Position numbers and translations under genes: made by a program. Under the pieces are notes generated by a model, which worked only from the letters and a program-made list of their open reading frames with translations, was not told the DNA's origin and did no database searches. 64,000 nucleotides of DNA from contig OZ316895.1 of the NCBI GenBank assembly GCA_973895155.1, positions 15,134,816 to 15,198,815 on the forward strand, written 5' to 3'. Within the stretch, counting starts at the first letter, position 1; the number at the start of each line of letters is the position of its first letter. Source of the DNA: Marsupella aquatica. Taxonomy: Eukaryota > Plantae > Marchantiophyta. Below, piece after piece: positions 63,101-64,000 of this stretch.

Positions 63101-64000
63101 GATTGTCAGGAGTTCTCTAGGGAGTCTACAGTTTTCTCTCTTTTGCTAGATTTGCTGGATTTGCGGCTTTCTGGCTTCAATTGATACGGCAGTTTTGTCA
63201 CCTTCCCACATTCAAGTGTTTTTTATTCATAGAAAACTTACCAGGAGAATTGTTAAAGCTTTTCCAGACAGCCAAGTACAATGCAGCGCACGAAACGCAG
63301 CGAGAACAGGGGAATGAGATTCACATGTTGCCAGGCTACTTTCCTTTTTCCTGCTCTTTCCCTGCTCAAGCCCCTATGCAAGGTAGCCCCGTACCCCTCG
63401 AAAGTTCGTTTATTTTTTGCGTTCGCACTTCACTGCATATCCTCAGATTTTTCCGTTCCATTCTAAGAAGATTTTACACACTGAACGGCATCTCCTCAGA
63501 TTTTTTGGGTTGCCATATCAATTCACTAGCAAAGTGAGGGCTCTGTACGTCTTGTACACGAGGAGAAACAGAGGATGACAGGAGAATTTACAGGGGAAAG
63601 GATTAAGGCAGACTGAAAAGAGAGGGTACACTTTTGGCTGTCTTGCCGGGACTAACATCAATAACACATTTTGTATCATAAATAACACATGATGGTACAC
63701 TTTTCCCCCAGCCTTGCCAGGACTAACATCTCTAATTTTGTGTGCATTGTGACCATTCCTCACTGAATGTACGACCCCTGGATCTTCCTTACCCGTGAAT
63801 TTGAAACTGTCTTGGCAGAAAAATTGAATGAAAAAAATGTAAGGATCAATATTTTTACGTTAGCAAGGCAAAATGCAAAGTTTGTTTCTGTTTCAAACAC
63901 ATTCACAGATCATTCTGATCAATCAGGATCAAGCACCATGTTTAGGGTGCTTGATTCTGACTGGCCAACAGCAGTTTTTCCATATCAACTTGCTCAGAAT

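Overview
Eukaryotic nuclear DNA from a land plant. A bryophyte or liverwort is my inference from the gene families, GT-AG introns, microsatellites and TE types; it is not prokaryotic. Four protein-coding genes are supportable. (1) A 13-coding-exon YLPM1/ZAP3-like P-loop NTPase gene (+, 2037-10185, about 1449 aa), with a 1013-codon low-complexity first exon and a PP1-docking KSVRW motif. (2) An intronless PHD-like zinc-finger gene of the AT3G60520/AT1G02070 type (-, 25114-25941). (3) An intronless class-3 lipase of the At4g10955 type (-, 38300-39604). (4) An intronless RING-H2 E3-ligase-like gene (-, 48514-49212). The long intergenic space holds many small non-autonomous or decayed mobile elements: CRE-like non-LTR retrotransposon relics and 3' ends, a Tourist/PIF-like MITE with TSD, a Mutator-like foldback with 10-bp flanking direct repeats, a small Helitron carrying a 36-bp minisatellite, several other foldbacks, and a dispersed ~200-bp repeat family with about 8 copies. 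There are also many local tandem duplications. I found no tRNA, rRNA or CRISPR array, and no clearly new multi-gene system. The best leads are motif-level (a C-x2-C-x3-H-x3-C motif in YLPM1, an EAR-like motif in the PHD protein), a pre-miRNA-like hairpin, and apparently uncharacterised TE families. All assignments were made by eye, without database searches.
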